Shown piece after piece: positions 29,887 through 39,912 of a DNA stretch of 64,000 nt. Every line of letters begins with the position of its first letter. Position 1 is the first letter of the stretch. This DNA comes from Bdellovibrionales bacterium (lineage in GTDB: Bacteria > Bdellovibrionota > Bdellovibrionia > Bdellovibrionales > JAGQZY01). The DNA lies in the NCBI GenBank assembly GCA_031426555.1, contig JANPLN010000030.1, forward strand, positions 64,001-128,000, written 5' to 3'. A program made the position numbers and the translations under genes. Under the pieces are notes generated by a model. That model was given only the letters and a program-made list of their open reading frames with translations. It did not search any database and had not been told where the DNA came from.

Positions 29887-29933
29887 CGTATCCTCCGATA
29901 AATTTTTAAATAAATAACCTTTTCTGTGTACTA

Positions 29934-29949
29934 AGCATGAAGTGTACCA
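29934..29949 (-). promoter_or_regulatory. Putative sigma-54 promoter
   Basis: Minus strand TGGTACACTTCATGCT has GG-N10-GC spacing, 47 nt upstream of the lipoprotein start. Confidence 0.5.
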
Positions 29950-30202
29950 ACCTACCTCCGCGTCCATATTTGCAGTTCTTCGCGATGAGAGGTTGAGCTA
30001 AGTAGTTGAAAGTCAGAAGGATAAGTCAGAAGTGTTTAAGAAATTGATAGTTTCAATTTTCGATTCAAGCGCTGTATAAAAGAGTATAGACTGTCAACTT
30101 GAGCCCCTGAGTGTCATATGAAAATGCATATATTGAATTTGAGTTTTATAAATTTTCATTTTATTGCGATTAAGACCCTTCGGGACACAGCCTTAATCAC
30201 CT

Positions 30203-30231
30203 TTGACAAAGACCTCAGCTCCTTTTAGCTT
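30203..30231 (+). promoter_or_regulatory. Sigma-70 promoter for a probably leaderless GNAT mRNA
   Basis: TTGACA-17 nt-TAGCTT, then 7 nt to ATG 30239. Confidence 0.65.
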
Positions 30232-30238
30232 TCTGCCC

Positions 30239-30715
30239 ATGAAAAGATCAATTCGCCCGGCCACCGCTTTAGATGTTCCATTTATTTTGCAAATGATTCG
30301 CGCGCTTGCGGACTATGAAAAAGAGCCCCTAGAGGTCACGATCACAGCCGATGAGTTACTGAGGGATGGATTTGCGGACAAACCTTTGTTTCAGTGTTTG
30401 GTTTTACAGCTCGATGAAAAGCCCGTGGGATTTGCTTTGTCCTACAATCGGTATTCTACATGGAAAGGGAAGACACTTTATTTGGAAGACTTGTTTGTTA
30501 TTCCCGAGGCCCGTGGTCAGGGGTTAGGCAAACTGGCCATGGTGGAGTTAGCAAGGATTGCTCGAGATTCTGGTTGTGTTCGCTTTGAGTGGCAGGTTTT
30601 GGATTGGAATCAGCCGGCTATAGATTTTTATAAATCTTTCGGCACTTCGTTGCAGCCGCAGTGGGTAACATGCCGCCTGGATAGGCAGGGTGTGGACGAG
30701 CTGGCACGCGAGTAA
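30239..30715 (+). CDS. GNAT N-acetyltransferase (diamine/SSAT-like)
   Basis: IRALADYEK, YSTWKGKTLYLEDLFV, RGQGLG and VLDWNQPAIDFY motifs. Confidence 0.92.
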   Translation: MKRSIRPATALDVPFILQMIRALADYEKEPLEVTITADELLRDGFADKPLFQCLVLQLDEKPVGFALSYNRYSTWKGKTLYLEDLFVIPEARGQGLGKLAMVELARIARDSGCVRFEWQVLDWNQPAIDFYKSFGTSLQPQWVTCRLDRQGVDELARE

Positions 30716-30807
30716 ACGCCTCAAAATGATCCATAATATCATTATTGCCATCTTAACTTACGCAGACGCCTTGAAGTTTGCTAAGATAAGGAGGTACGGG
30801 GGATTCT

Positions 30808-31608
30808 ATGTTTAAATGGATAAGCGCCTGCTTTGCTATTTTAGTTGTTCTTTTTGCATTCCAAAACTGCTCACAAAAATCATTCAGTGCCAAAGAGAGC
30901 GCGTCTGCGCTGTCCGTTGGATCAGATACTGAGTCGCAGTTCGACGAGGACGCCACTACTGACAATAACAACTCAACGACGCCCAAGGATTTAGATGAGG
31001 ACATCGTAACATCTCCTCCGAGAGAGGAAGTTAACTTTACCAATTGTCAGTCTTTCCAAGAGTTAACGGGCGATTCCATCGTTGTTCCAGCGCGCACAGC
31101 AAATAACGTCTGTTACTACGTGCGATTCATGACGGAACAATCAGCGGCAAAATCCGGGACTCGCGGTGAAGCTTTGGCGAGTGATGTGATTGCCAGTCCG
31201 CATACGCGACCCGACGGGGATATGCATCCCTATGTTTTGGGACAAAAAGAAATCACTCAGTTACAACTTTTAGGACCTCGCAATGTGGCTTTGTCGGGAA
31301 GTTTTTCAAACGCCCAGGCCAGCATGTCGATCGATATCTTTTTTCTTTTGGAACAGAGCACAGAGGTGGGATCGTACCGCGCTTGGGCTTACGGGACGGC
31401 CGATGCCGAACCTGCCGGGGGCAAGATCACAGTTGGCAATTATGTGGTTGAAAATTTTTATTCCTACGCATCAGGAGGTACGGCTAGGGTCACTGCCATC
31501 GACATGACTTCGGCGATCCCCTCAGGCCTTAAAATGAGCATTCGTTTTCGCGGCCTCGACTGTGGTTCTTCGGCCCAGGCCAGCGATGTGTTTATGGTGT
31601 TTCACTAG
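30808..31608 (+). CDS. Exported protein with FQNC lipoprotein-like signal
   Basis: MFKWISACFAILVVLFAFQNCS; AGGAGG SD; acidic linker then beta-rich domain. Confidence 0.82.
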   Translation: MFKWISACFAILVVLFAFQNCSQKSFSAKESASALSVGSDTESQFDEDATTDNNNSTTPKDLDEDIVTSPPREEVNFTNCQSFQELTGDSIVVPARTANNVCYYVRFMTEQSAAKSGTRGEALASDVIASPHTRPDGDMHPYVLGQKEITQLQLLGPRNVALSGSFSNAQASMSIDIFFLLEQSTEVGSYRAWAYGTADAEPAGGKITVGNYVVENFYSYASGGTARVTAIDMTSAIPSGLKMSIRFRGLDCGSSAQASDVFMVFH

Positions 31609-32560
31609 TCTCTTCGATAACAATAAGATCCGTCATGTCCTGATAATCATCAATGTTCATAAAAACATCAGGGAGTTGGTTGATGAGCCACGGGACATCG
31701 TTTTCGGCGTTTTCCATAACCAATTGTGCTGTGGGCGACGAACTAAATTCTTGCGCGTAAGTGATGCTCCACTGTTTCAAGCTCTCAATTTCGGCTTGAG
31801 ACACTAAGATTTTGATATTTTCAAATTCGTTGGTCTGGGATAGTTCCTTTGCGATCATATGCTTCCCATACAGAAAGTAGAAAACTTTATAGACGAGGTC
31901 GCTGCCGGGAATGAAGTAGTCTTCTGAGCGCCAATCAACACACATGGCAAACTCAATTCCGCCATCATAGGGAGATTTCATGCGAGCGCCGGTACGTTGT
32001 AAAAAACTAAGTGTGTCTCGCATCTGCTCAGAGCAGTCGGCAACATAAAAGCTCATGATGTCAGAGTTGATCAGTTTGCAGCTCTTGCTTGCGATATCAA
32101 AGGAGTAAAGATTTTTTTCGCTTTCGCACTTGCAGCTGTTCACGTTTACATTTCCGCTAGCGTCGAGACTGCACTGAGCTTTGGGCTGTGAAGGGGTATA
32201 ACCCTCGTGTTGATTGATCTCGCTGGTTATTTTGTTGATTTCGTTTTTGATATTTTCTACGGTCAGTTCTATGCCCATATCGACAGTCATTTTTTGTGAG
32301 ATCACTTTGCTATCTCTTTCGGGAACACAAAGGTACTGACCAGATACAGAATTAAGCTGCAGTTTAAAGGCAGGCATTCCCTCTTGCTGGCCAAGTTGCT
32401 CACAATTGCTGGAAATTAACTGGCCTGCTTGAATGACCACATCGGCCTGTACGGCTTCGATTGTTTCACTCTTTTCGAGGACCACGGTGATCGTGGTATT
32501 TTGCTGAGCGGTCGCTACGGCGGTGAAGGTGTTTAAAAAAACTAAAATTGTTGAGATCAT
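31592..32560 (-). CDS. Secreted Cys-containing hypothetical protein
   Basis: Signal peptide ending ATA; AAGGAG SD; 3' end overlaps the convergent gene by 17 nt. Confidence 0.78.
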   Translation of the reverse strand: MISTILVFLNTFTAVATAQQNTTITVVLEKSETIEAVQADVVIQAGQLISSNCEQLGQQEGMPAFKLQLNSVSGQYLCVPERDSKVISQKMTVDMGIELTVENIKNEINKITSEINQHEGYTPSQPKAQCSLDASGNVNVNSCKCESEKNLYSFDIASKSCKLINSDIMSFYVADCSEQMRDTLSFLQRTGARMKSPYDGGIEFAMCVDWRSEDYFIPGSDLVYKVFYFLYGKHMIAKELSQTNEFENIKILVSQAEIESLKQWSITYAQEFSSSPTAQLVMENAENDVPWLINQLPDVFMNIDDYQDMTDLIVIEETSETP

Positions 32561-32673
32561 ACAGACTCCTTAGAGTTATTTTTTGGAGTTGTAACACAGA
32601 AAACAGAGATTTTATTTGTGGTGTAGATGATCTGCAAAAAATTCAAAGCCTTTTGTAATAATAATTTGAACGT

Positions 32674-33429
32674 CTACGAGGGCGTCGATGCTCTAGACAT
32701 CTCATAAAATAAAATGCTGGCAGCGATGGTTGCATTGAGGGATTCAATGTCTCCTGGGTAGGGGATGGAAACCTTTTGGCAGCGGAGGGACGACGGTACA
32801 CCTTGACCCTCTTCGCCTAGCAAAATACGCCATGGCTGCGAAAAATCAGCGGTTCGCACGCTGGGGGCCGCGAGATCCATAGCCAGCAGGCGTTGCACGT
32901 CTCCAAGATGTTTAATCGAAGGACCTTTAAAATAATTAAGGCCAAAGCAGGCGCCAGAGGCGGCTTTGATGGCTTTAGGGTGGAAGGGGTGGCAGCTCTC
33001 TTCTAATAAAATCACATTTTGTATTCCGAAGGCTTTGGCGCTGCGAAGAAGGGCGCCAAGGTTATTAGGGTCCCCCAGAGCGCAGAGAAGCTCGTGGGAC
33101 TGGGGCATGGCCTCGTGTTTCCATTTCTGGATTTCGGGAGTGGGAAGGCAGGCTAAGGGCTTTTCGCTGCCCACCACATCGAGAGTGCTGAAAAGATCTT
33201 TTGGTAAAACCACGCACTGCAGATCGGGCTGCATGGCAAAGAGGGGGTGCGAATCGGAATGGAAAACCCAAAAGGCGTCTTTCGGTGGTTGGAGCGCCAT
33301 CTGCTCCGCAATGATTCTTTCGCCGCTGACTAAGCAGAGTTGTTCTTCACGAACTCCTTTGCTTTTTGTCAGGGAGAGAAGTTTTTTGTAGAGCGCATTT
33401 GCGCTACTTTCGATTTTTTTAATTTTCAT
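32674..33429 (-). CDS. TrmH/SpoU-family RNA methyltransferase
   Basis: DPNNLGALLRSA, LGEEGQG and ESLNATIAASI motifs. Confidence 0.93.
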   Translation of the reverse strand: MKIKKIESSANALYKKLLSLTKSKGVREEQLCLVSGERIIAEQMALQPPKDAFWVFHSDSHPLFAMQPDLQCVVLPKDLFSTLDVVGSEKPLACLPTPEIQKWKHEAMPQSHELLCALGDPNNLGALLRSAKAFGIQNVILLEESCHPFHPKAIKAASGACFGLNYFKGPSIKHLGDVQRLLAMDLAAPSVRTADFSQPWRILLGEEGQGVPSSLRCQKVSIPYPGDIESLNATIAASILFYEMSRASTPS

Positions 33430-34216
33430 CGTCTTCGAAATCCTCATCCGTCGCAGGCTCTAATTCCTTGCTACGAATTTTACGAAATACAATTAACCGA
33501 CGTTCGTGTTTTGTGTGCGGTAAAACATAGGGTATGTTTTTTTCGAGCTCGTAGTAATGTCCCCAGTCTTGGATTGCCAAATCGATTTCGGGTTGAACGT
33601 TGGGACCCTTCATTAAAAACACTTTGCCGTGGGGCTGTAAACAATGAATAACGTTGGCGAGAGTGTTGCGGCAGTCTTCGACCGCGCGAGTGATCACTCC
33701 GCCCACCGGGTAAACAAAATCGGAATTGATATTTTTCCCGAGGATATCCAAGTTTTCCAGTTGCAGATGTTCGCGAGCTTTTTTTAAAAACTCCACGCGC
33801 TTTTGCACACCCTCGGCGAGCAAAATGCGTTTGTCGTAGGGGATCACCATTCGCAAAGGAATTCCTGGAAAGCCCGGGCCCGTGCCGACATCGAGTAGAG
33901 GAAACGTGAGGTCCACCAGGCGCGGTACAATGAGGCAGTCGATGAAATGTTTAATCGCCACATCACGGAAGTTGTGCAGGCGCGTGAAATTTTCACTATT
34001 TTGTTGCTCCATCAACAAAAGATAAAACTTCACCAACTGAGTGCGAACCTCGTGGGGGACGTCTGCAAAATCATGATTCCGAAAAATATCGTAAAGCCGA
34101 TCCTCGGCATCATTTTGTTTTAATATAACGTTGGGTTTTTTATGTTTTCCAACTCGGAGATGGGCTCCTTTATGGTGACCCATGGGACTGATGTTTGTTC
34201 GATTTTTGTGCGCCAT
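33419..34216 (-). CDS. rsmG: 16S rRNA m7G527 methyltransferase RsmG-like
   Basis: [30 protein letters not shown] and LMKG motifs; likely start MAHKN at 34216. Confidence 0.88.
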   Translation of the reverse strand: MAHKNRTNISPMGHHKGAHLRVGKHKKPNVILKQNDAEDRLYDIFRNHDFADVPHEVRTQLVKFYLLLMEQQNSENFTRLHNFRDVAIKHFIDCLIVPRLVDLTFPLLDVGTGPGFPGIPLRMVIPYDKRILLAEGVQKRVEFLKKAREHLQLENLDILGKNINSDFVYPVGGVITRAVEDCRNTLANVIHCLQPHGKVFLMKGPNVQPEIDLAIQDWGHYYELEKNIPYVLPHTKHERRLIVFRKIRSKELEPATDEDFEDDEN

Positions 34217-34226
34217 GTTAGGCGCC

Positions 34227-34262
34227 AATATGATTGATAAAAAGTCTGCAGGCAATCATATT
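34227..34262. promoter_or_regulatory. Overlapping divergent sigma-70 promoters for rsmG and pheS
   Basis: Plus strand TTGATA-17-CATATT; minus strand TTGCCT-17-CATATT; together a 10-bp inverted repeat AATATGATTG/CAATCATATT. Confidence 0.6.
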
Positions 34263-34268
34263 TTGGAC

Positions 34269-35291
34269 ATGTTAAAACAAAAGCTCCAAGATCTTAATAA
34301 AAGTGCAGAAATCGAGCTCGCCAAGGCTCAAACTTCCGAAGAACTCTATCAACTGAAGGTGAAGTATTTTGGTAAACAAGGTGAGCTCACGCTGATCATG
34401 AAAGATATGGGCGATATGCCCAAGGAAGAGCGTCCTGTTTTTGGCAAAGAGGTCAATCTGGTTCGCGATGCTTTGACCAAACTCCACGATGCACGGCTTG
34501 CCGAGCTTTCGCAAAAAGAAATGTTAGCAAAACTTGCTAAGGATTCTTTGGATCTTACGCTTCCCGGGCCGCAACTCTCCCCTGGAGCTCGGCATCTGAT
34601 TCCTGTGGTGATCGACGAGATCGTGGATATCTTAGCGCGCATCGGTTTTTCGGTGCGCACCGGGCCTTTTATCGAAGACGACTTTCATAATTTTTCGGCG
34701 CTGAACATTCCTGCCGATCATCCCTCGCGCGACATGCAAGATACGTTTTACATCGACGAGACCCATGTACTTCGCACGCACACCAGTCCCATTCAAATTC
34801 GCACCATGGAAACCGAAAAACCACCCATCCGCATTTTGGCTCCCGGCGGAGTGTTTCGTCACGATTACGATGCCTCGCACTCTCCGCACTTTCATCAGAT
34901 TGAAGCGCTCCTGGTGGATAAAAATGTTTCTATGGCGGATCTCAAAGGAACCATTTCGTATTTCATCAAAGAATTTTTTGGGCAGAATATTAAAACGCGA
35001 TTCCGTCCCAGCTTTTTTCCCTTCACCGAGCCATCGGCGGAGGTGGATTGCTCGTGCCCGTTGTGTGAAGGCAAAGGTTGCAAAATGTGCAAACACACAG
35101 GCTGGATTGAAATCGGTGGAAGTGGTCTTGTGCACCCGAATGTGTTCAAAGCAGTGGGGATCAATCCCGAAGAGTGGCAGGGTTTTGCTTTTGGTTTTGG
35201 AATTGAACGCATGGCCATCATAAAGTACGGCGTGAGTGATATTCGTTTGTTTATGGAAAATGATGTGCGTTTCCTGGAGCAGTTTCGATGA
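34269..35291 (+). CDS. pheS: Phenylalanine--tRNA ligase alpha subunit
   Basis: [27 protein letters not shown] and [10 protein letters not shown] motifs. Confidence 0.98.
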   Translation: MLKQKLQDLNKSAEIELAKAQTSEELYQLKVKYFGKQGELTLIMKDMGDMPKEERPVFGKEVNLVRDALTKLHDARLAELSQKEMLAKLAKDSLDLTLPGPQLSPGARHLIPVVIDEIVDILARIGFSVRTGPFIEDDFHNFSALNIPADHPSRDMQDTFYIDETHVLRTHTSPIQIRTMETEKPPIRILAPGGVFRHDYDASHSPHFHQIEALLVDKNVSMADLKGTISYFIKEFFGQNIKTRFRPSFFPFTEPSAEVDCSCPLCEGKGCKMCKHTGWIEIGGSGLVHPNVFKAVGINPEEWQGFAFGFGIERMAIIKYGVSDIRLFMENDVRFLEQFR

Positions 35292-37705
35292 AGATTTCTT
35301 TTAAATGGCTCAATGATTATATCGACCTTTCAGACTATCAAAATAAAATTGACGATCTTAGCAAGCTGCTTACACAAGCGGGTCTTGAAGTTGAAGGCGT
35401 TACGGATCAGAAGGCGCAGTTTAACCACGTTGTTGTGGGAAAACTTTTATCCGTTGAAAAACATCCCGACGCCGACAAACTAACTCTTTGTCAGCTTGAT
35501 ATGGGCGAGGGCGCGCCAAGACAGATCGTTTGCGGAGCTAAAAACCACAAGGCCGGTGATTATGTGATTGCCGCTTTGCCCGGCGCCGTCTTGCCAGGGG
35601 ATTTTGCCATTAAAAAATCCAAGATCAGAGGCGTGGAATCTTTAGGTATGCTTTGCTCGCCCAAAGAATTGGGATTGAGCTCGGACGGCGAAGGAATTAT
35701 CACCATGCCTTCCGGAAAACCCGGTCAGCCGATGAGTGAGTTGTACGGCATGGATGATGTGATCATCGAGATCAACGTGACCCCAAACAGGGCTGACTGT
35801 TTGAGCCATTTGGGTTTGGCTTTTGAGATCTCTGCACTTCTTGATCGACCGTTGATACAAAAGAAAGCCGAATTTAAGACGGGCAGCTTTAAAACCACCG
35901 AGTTATCCAAAGTGACAGTGCGCGATCCCCAGCGCTGTCCGCGCTATGCAGGACGCATGATTCGCGGGGTGAAGATTGCACCTTCTCCATCCTGGTTGCA
36001 AAAACGTTTAGAGAGCGTTGGTCTGCGTTCGGTGAACAACGTTGTCGATGTGACAAACTACGTGATGTTTGATTACGGTCAACCGTTGCACGCATTTGAC
36101 TGGACACAAATCAACGGCGGCGAAATTATTATTCGCGGTTCAGAAAAAGGCGAAAAATTTCAAACCCTGGACGGAACCGAATTAACTCTCACGGGTGATG
36201 AGCTGGTGATTGCCGATCAAAAGCGCGCGGTGGCTTTGGCCGGCGTTGTTGGCGGTTTGAATTCGGGTGTGACTGACATTACAAAAGATCTTTTTGTGGA
36301 AGCGGCGTTTTTTAATTCGCAAACAGTTCGCCGAACCTCTCGACGTTTAGGAATTGATACAGATTCATGTTATCGTTTTTCGCGCGGAGTGAATCCCGAG
36401 CAAACGATTCTCGCTTTGGAGCGCGCCTGTGAATTGATTCAACAGGTGGCGGGTGGAGAAGTGGCCAGTGACGCTTACGATATTTATCCTCAACCGCTGA
36501 CAAAAGCCGCCATTACTGTGGATGTCCGCAAAGTAGAAAATCGTTTAGGGTATACCGTGAAGGATGCCGACTTTTTTGCGGTGATGAAGCGTTTAGGCTG
36601 CAAGATGAATGGAGCGCAAGTTATTCCTCCCATGCACCGCTGGGATTTATCCATCCCCGAAGATCTCATTGAAGAGTACGCTAGAGTTTATGGCTACGAG
36701 CATTTACTCGAGCGTTTGCCAAAACTGGTCGAAGAGCCCACCAAGCACAATGCAGATTATCTCAACACCCGAAAGCTTTCGTCCTATTTATCGTCGCAGG
36801 GTTTTGACCAAGCTGTAAACTACGCCTTTGTGAATAAGGCGTTGCAGGATTCGGTGTTGGGGTCTGCCGCGGAACGAACGGCCTTGGGGCTGTCGGACCT
36901 CGAGGAGATTTCGGTGCGCAATCCAATCAGTGAGGATTTTGCAGTCATGCGAATGTCCACTCTGCCAAGCCTCGTGCAAAACGTTTCGCACAACCTTCGC
37001 CATGGCAATTTGCATGGCCAACTTTTTGAAGTGGGCAAAGGACATTTTCGGGTTGGTCATGGGGGGGCCGGGCAGTATGCGGAAGATCAGCGTTTGGGCT
37101 TTGCCATGTGGGGAACACCGCAAACTCTGTGGGCGCAAAAAGTTCCTGCCGTCTATCGCTTGAAGTCGCTTATAGAGAACTTACTTGAGGTTTTTGTGCC
37201 CGGCGGAAAATGGCAGTGGAAGAGCTTAGAATCGTCGTTGGCATTGATTCACCCAGGACAAATGGTTCAGTTGGTTGTGCAAGGTCAACCAGTTGGATTT
37301 ATCGGAACAGTTCATCCGCAAAAAGCCAAGGAGTGGAAGTGGCGCGAGGACGTGGCGTTTGCTGAACTCAATCTGGCGGCCTTGTTTAATACGGGGAAAG
37401 TTCCTCGCTATCGAGGGATCTCCGCTTTCCCAGCGGTGGAAAAGGATTTAGCGTTTGTGGTTCCTAAAACATTGCGAGCTCTGGATATTCAAAAAGAAAT
37501 CACCAAAACCGGCGGCGCTCTGTTAACGGACGTGAAAGTTGTGGATATGTACGAAGGAGAGGCCTTAGGCACAGATCAACGCTCACTGGCCTTCCGTATG
37601 AAGTTTCAAAGCCCTGAGCGCACGCTGGCCGACGACGAAGTATTAAAACTGGTGCAGCAGATTATCGAAGCCGTTTCCTCGCGGTTGGGGATTCAATTGC
37701 GGTAG
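35288..37705 (+). CDS. pheT: Phenylalanine--tRNA ligase beta subunit
   Basis: [26 protein letters not shown] and DLIEEYAR motifs; FDX-ACB C-terminus; ATGA overlap with pheS. Confidence 0.98.
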   Translation: MKISFKWLNDYIDLSDYQNKIDDLSKLLTQAGLEVEGVTDQKAQFNHVVVGKLLSVEKHPDADKLTLCQLDMGEGAPRQIVCGAKNHKAGDYVIAALPGAVLPGDFAIKKSKIRGVESLGMLCSPKELGLSSDGEGIITMPSGKPGQPMSELYGMDDVIIEINVTPNRADCLSHLGLAFEISALLDRPLIQKKAEFKTGSFKTTELSKVTVRDPQRCPRYAGRMIRGVKIAPSPSWLQKRLESVGLRSVNNVVDVTNYVMFDYGQPLHAFDWTQINGGEIIIRGSEKGEKFQTLDGTELTLTGDELVIADQKRAVALAGVVGGLNSGVTDITKDLFVEAAFFNSQTVRRTSRRLGIDTDSCYRFSRGVNPEQTILALERACELIQQVAGGEVASDAYDIYPQPLTKAAITVDVRKVENRLGYTVKDADFFAVMKRLGCKMNGAQVIPPMHRWDLSIPEDLIEEYARVYGYEHLLERLPKLVEEPTKHNADYLNTRKLSSYLSSQGFDQAVNYAFVNKALQDSVLGSAAERTALGLSDLEEISVRNPISEDFAVMRMSTLPSLVQNVSHNLRHGNLHGQLFEVGKGHFRVGHGGAGQYAEDQRLGFAMWGTPQTLWAQKVPAVYRLKSLIENLLEVFVPGGKWQWKSLESSLALIHPGQMVQLVVQGQPVGFIGTVHPQKAKEWKWREDVAFAELNLAALFNTGKVPRYRGISAFPAVEKDLAFVVPKTLRALDIQKEITKTGGALLTDVKVVDMYEGEALGTDQRSLAFRMKFQSPERTLADDEVLKLVQQIIEAVSSRLGIQLR

Positions 37706-37816
37706 TCGCTTGTGTTAAAAGAGTGTTCTGAAGCAGGTAAAAATCACTTACCCTTCGGTTATGCCTTGTGACCTTTCTTTTTATTCAATAGTTTGCAGTC
37801 ACCTGAGGAGGTTTGT

Positions 37817-38194
37817 ATGACAAAGTTTTTTATGTTTTTTTTCAGTTTACTAGTAGCGGTTTCTGCATCTGCATATCAGTTTTGCGAAAATGGAAGCTTT
37901 AACCAAATGGGCGATGGATATTTTAGCATGGAAATCCATAGCGATAAGATTGTGGTTTCTCCCTACGAGTCCGGTTTCACAGTCCTAGGCCAAGACGTCG
38001 TACGAAAAGGTTCTACGATTTTGGTTGGCGACACAAAAGTTGAGTATACTTCTGAAGGTGACGTTTATAGCAAAACTGTTGATATGATTATCAACGGACA
38101 ACCTTCTATGGTTTCAATTAGCAAAATCAACGTCGCGATAAGTACCGATAAAAGTGCGTTCAACAATTACGAAATGACGTGCTATTTACGCTAA
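37817..38194 (+). CDS. Small secreted hypothetical protein
   Basis: GAGGAGG SD; signal peptide ending SASA. Confidence 0.82.
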   Translation: MTKFFMFFFSLLVAVSASAYQFCENGSFNQMGDGYFSMEIHSDKIVVSPYESGFTVLGQDVVRKGSTILVGDTKVEYTSEGDVYSKTVDMIINGQPSMVSISKINVAISTDKSAFNNYEMTCYLR

Positions 38195-38211
38195 AGTTCT
38201 TTGGTCAAAAG

Positions 38212-38231
38212 GCGCCTCACCTTTGAGGCGC
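38212..38231. terminator. GC-rich hairpin after the secreted protein gene
   Basis: GCGCCTCA-CCTT-TGAGGCGC. Confidence 0.55.
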
Positions 38232-38413
38232 ACTCGTCGTTCACAACGCAACCTCGTTAAAATCATTTTTCTGCCTCGACTTTCATCATAATTATATCTA
38301 AGTAATGACCATGTGGGTCATAAACTCGGCCTTCCACTCAGATAAAAGTTGAAAGTTTTCAAGTACTTGCTAGCCTTTAGGAGAAGGGTCAATCATGCCC
38401 TTGGGAGGACGCC

Positions 38414-38758
38414 ATGGCTGGTAAAAACGTTTCGAACTCGACGGTCACAAAAGCAGATATCGTGGACCGAGTTTATGAAAAAATTGGCTTCTCCAAAAAA
38501 GAAGCGTCCGACCTTGTTGAAATCGTCTTTGATGCCCTCCGCGGCACTCTGGTGAATGGCGAAAAAGTGAAAATCTCAGGCTTTGGTAAGTTCGAAGTAA
38601 AGCAAAAAAAAGAACGTGTTGGGCGCAATCCGCAAACCGGGGATCGCATCACCATTTCTGCTCGCCGCGTACTTAACTTTAGCCCCAGCCAAGTTTTAAA
38701 GGCCATGCTCAATGGCAAAGATGCTGAGTTTGGTGGAGATGAGTTCGACGATGAATAG
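38414..38758 (+). CDS. ihfA: Integration host factor subunit alpha
   Basis: [22 protein letters not shown] and [14 protein letters not shown] motifs; pheT-ihfA-merR-tRNA-Pro synteny. Confidence 0.93.
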   Translation: MAGKNVSNSTVTKADIVDRVYEKIGFSKKEASDLVEIVFDALRGTLVNGEKVKISGFGKFEVKQKKERVGRNPQTGDRITISARRVLNFSPSQVLKAMLNGKDAEFGGDEFDDE

Positions 38759-38783
38759 TACGATGAATAGTACGATGAACAGC
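38748..38783 (+). repeat. 12-bp tandem repeat x3 spanning the ihfA stop and merR start
   Basis: ACGATGAATAGT ACGATGAATAGT ACGATGAACAGC. Confidence 0.9.
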
Positions 38784-39299
38784 CCGCAAACAGCCCAAAC
38801 TGAACTCAAAGAGCGTATTCAATCCATTCCCAATAAAATGGGCTTTAAGATCGGCGAAGTGGCAAAGTACGTGGGCGTAAAGCAGTACGTTCTGCGCTAT
38901 TGGGAGACGGAGTTTGAAGCTCTTCACCCAAAAAAATCCAACAACGGGCAGCGTTTTTATACTCGCAAAGACATCGAAATGGCGCTGACCATCCGTAAAC
39001 TTCTCCATGAAGATCGTTTTTCCATCGAGGGCGCTCGTGCGGTTTTAAAGAAAATGAAATCGCAAAAATCGCAAATCCAACCGATTCTTGAGGGGACCAC
39101 CCAGGAGCAAGTCGTTGAGGCGCATCAGCCCGCGGCCGAAGTGGTATTTAGTAAGTCCTCTCCAATGCCCACGGCGGATCAGGTACAAAAAGCTGTTGTG
39201 CAACGTGAGCGGGAAATGCACCAGTACTGGGCGTCATCTGTGGATTATCTGGTTGAAGAAATTCGCCAAGCCAAAAAACGTCTTGCCGACGCCATCTAG
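38751..39299 (+). CDS. MerR-family transcriptional regulator (ihfA-linked type)
   Basis: [13 protein letters not shown]...[10 protein letters not shown]...LHPKK...RFY...FSIEGAR; exact start uncertain. Confidence 0.92.
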   Translation: MNSTMNSTMNSPQTAQTELKERIQSIPNKMGFKIGEVAKYVGVKQYVLRYWETEFEALHPKKSNNGQRFYTRKDIEMALTIRKLLHEDRFSIEGARAVLKKMKSQKSQIQPILEGTTQEQVVEAHQPAAEVVFSKSSPMPTADQVQKAVVQREREMHQYWASSVDYLVEEIRQAKKRLADAI

Positions 39300-39345
39300 A
39301 ATAAGTTACTGACTTCCTTGTTTAAGAAACAAAGGAAGTCTAAAA

Positions 39346-39735
39346 ATGAAACTCCTCCTCCTAGCTTTTTCGATCACTTTTTCATGTGCCGTAGTACAAG
39401 CGCAGGATAAGATCATCTGTACATTGAGTGAAAGTGCCAATCCATTAAACGTCGCCATTGGTGAAGCCGACTTAAATAACTTGAGTGAAGAGGGGCTCTA
39501 CTCCATAGATGGGATCGACGTGGGAGACGACAATTACTCGTTTGATATGTCGATCACGAAAGAAGCGAACGGAGCCATTTTAGTGGACGTAATTTTTTAC
39601 GAAAACATCCACGTTCAAGACGAGGTGGCCAGCTACAGTTGGAAACTTCAACAAAAAGGCCTATCGGTCATCCAAGAGCCGTTGCAGGATAATTCTAACG
39701 CAACGATCATGAACTTTGTTTGCGATTATAAATAA
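39346..39735 (+). CDS. Small secreted acidic hypothetical protein
   Basis: Signal peptide ending VQA; Cys near both ends of the mature chain. Confidence 0.8.
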   Translation: MKLLLLAFSITFSCAVVQAQDKIICTLSESANPLNVAIGEADLNNLSEEGLYSIDGIDVGDDNYSFDMSITKEANGAILVDVIFYENIHVQDEVASYSWKLQQKGLSVIQEPLQDNSNATIMNFVCDYK

Positions 39736-39811
39736 GAAAACGTCTCGGTTCTCGGAAGCGGAATCAATTTGACATTTTAGCAGGCTGGGGCGAAAGATAA
39801 TCTTTCTAAAT

Positions 39812-39888
39812 CTGCCTGTGGCGCAGCTTGGTAGCGCGCAACCTTGGGGTGGTTGAGGTCGCAGGTTCAAATCCTGTCAGGCAGACCA
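39812..39888 (+). tRNA. tRNA-Pro(GGG)
   Basis: Acceptor CTGCCTG/CAGGCAG, A73, encoded CCA; anticodon arm CAACC-TT GGG GT-GGTTG; GGTTCAAATCC T-arm. Confidence 0.97.
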
Positions 39889-39912
39889 AATAACCCAGCT
39901 GCAGAAAAAAAC

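Noticed and set aside
35048..35091. CxxC...CxxC insert in PheS as a novelty
   Set aside because: This Cys-rich insert is common in many bacterial PheS proteins.
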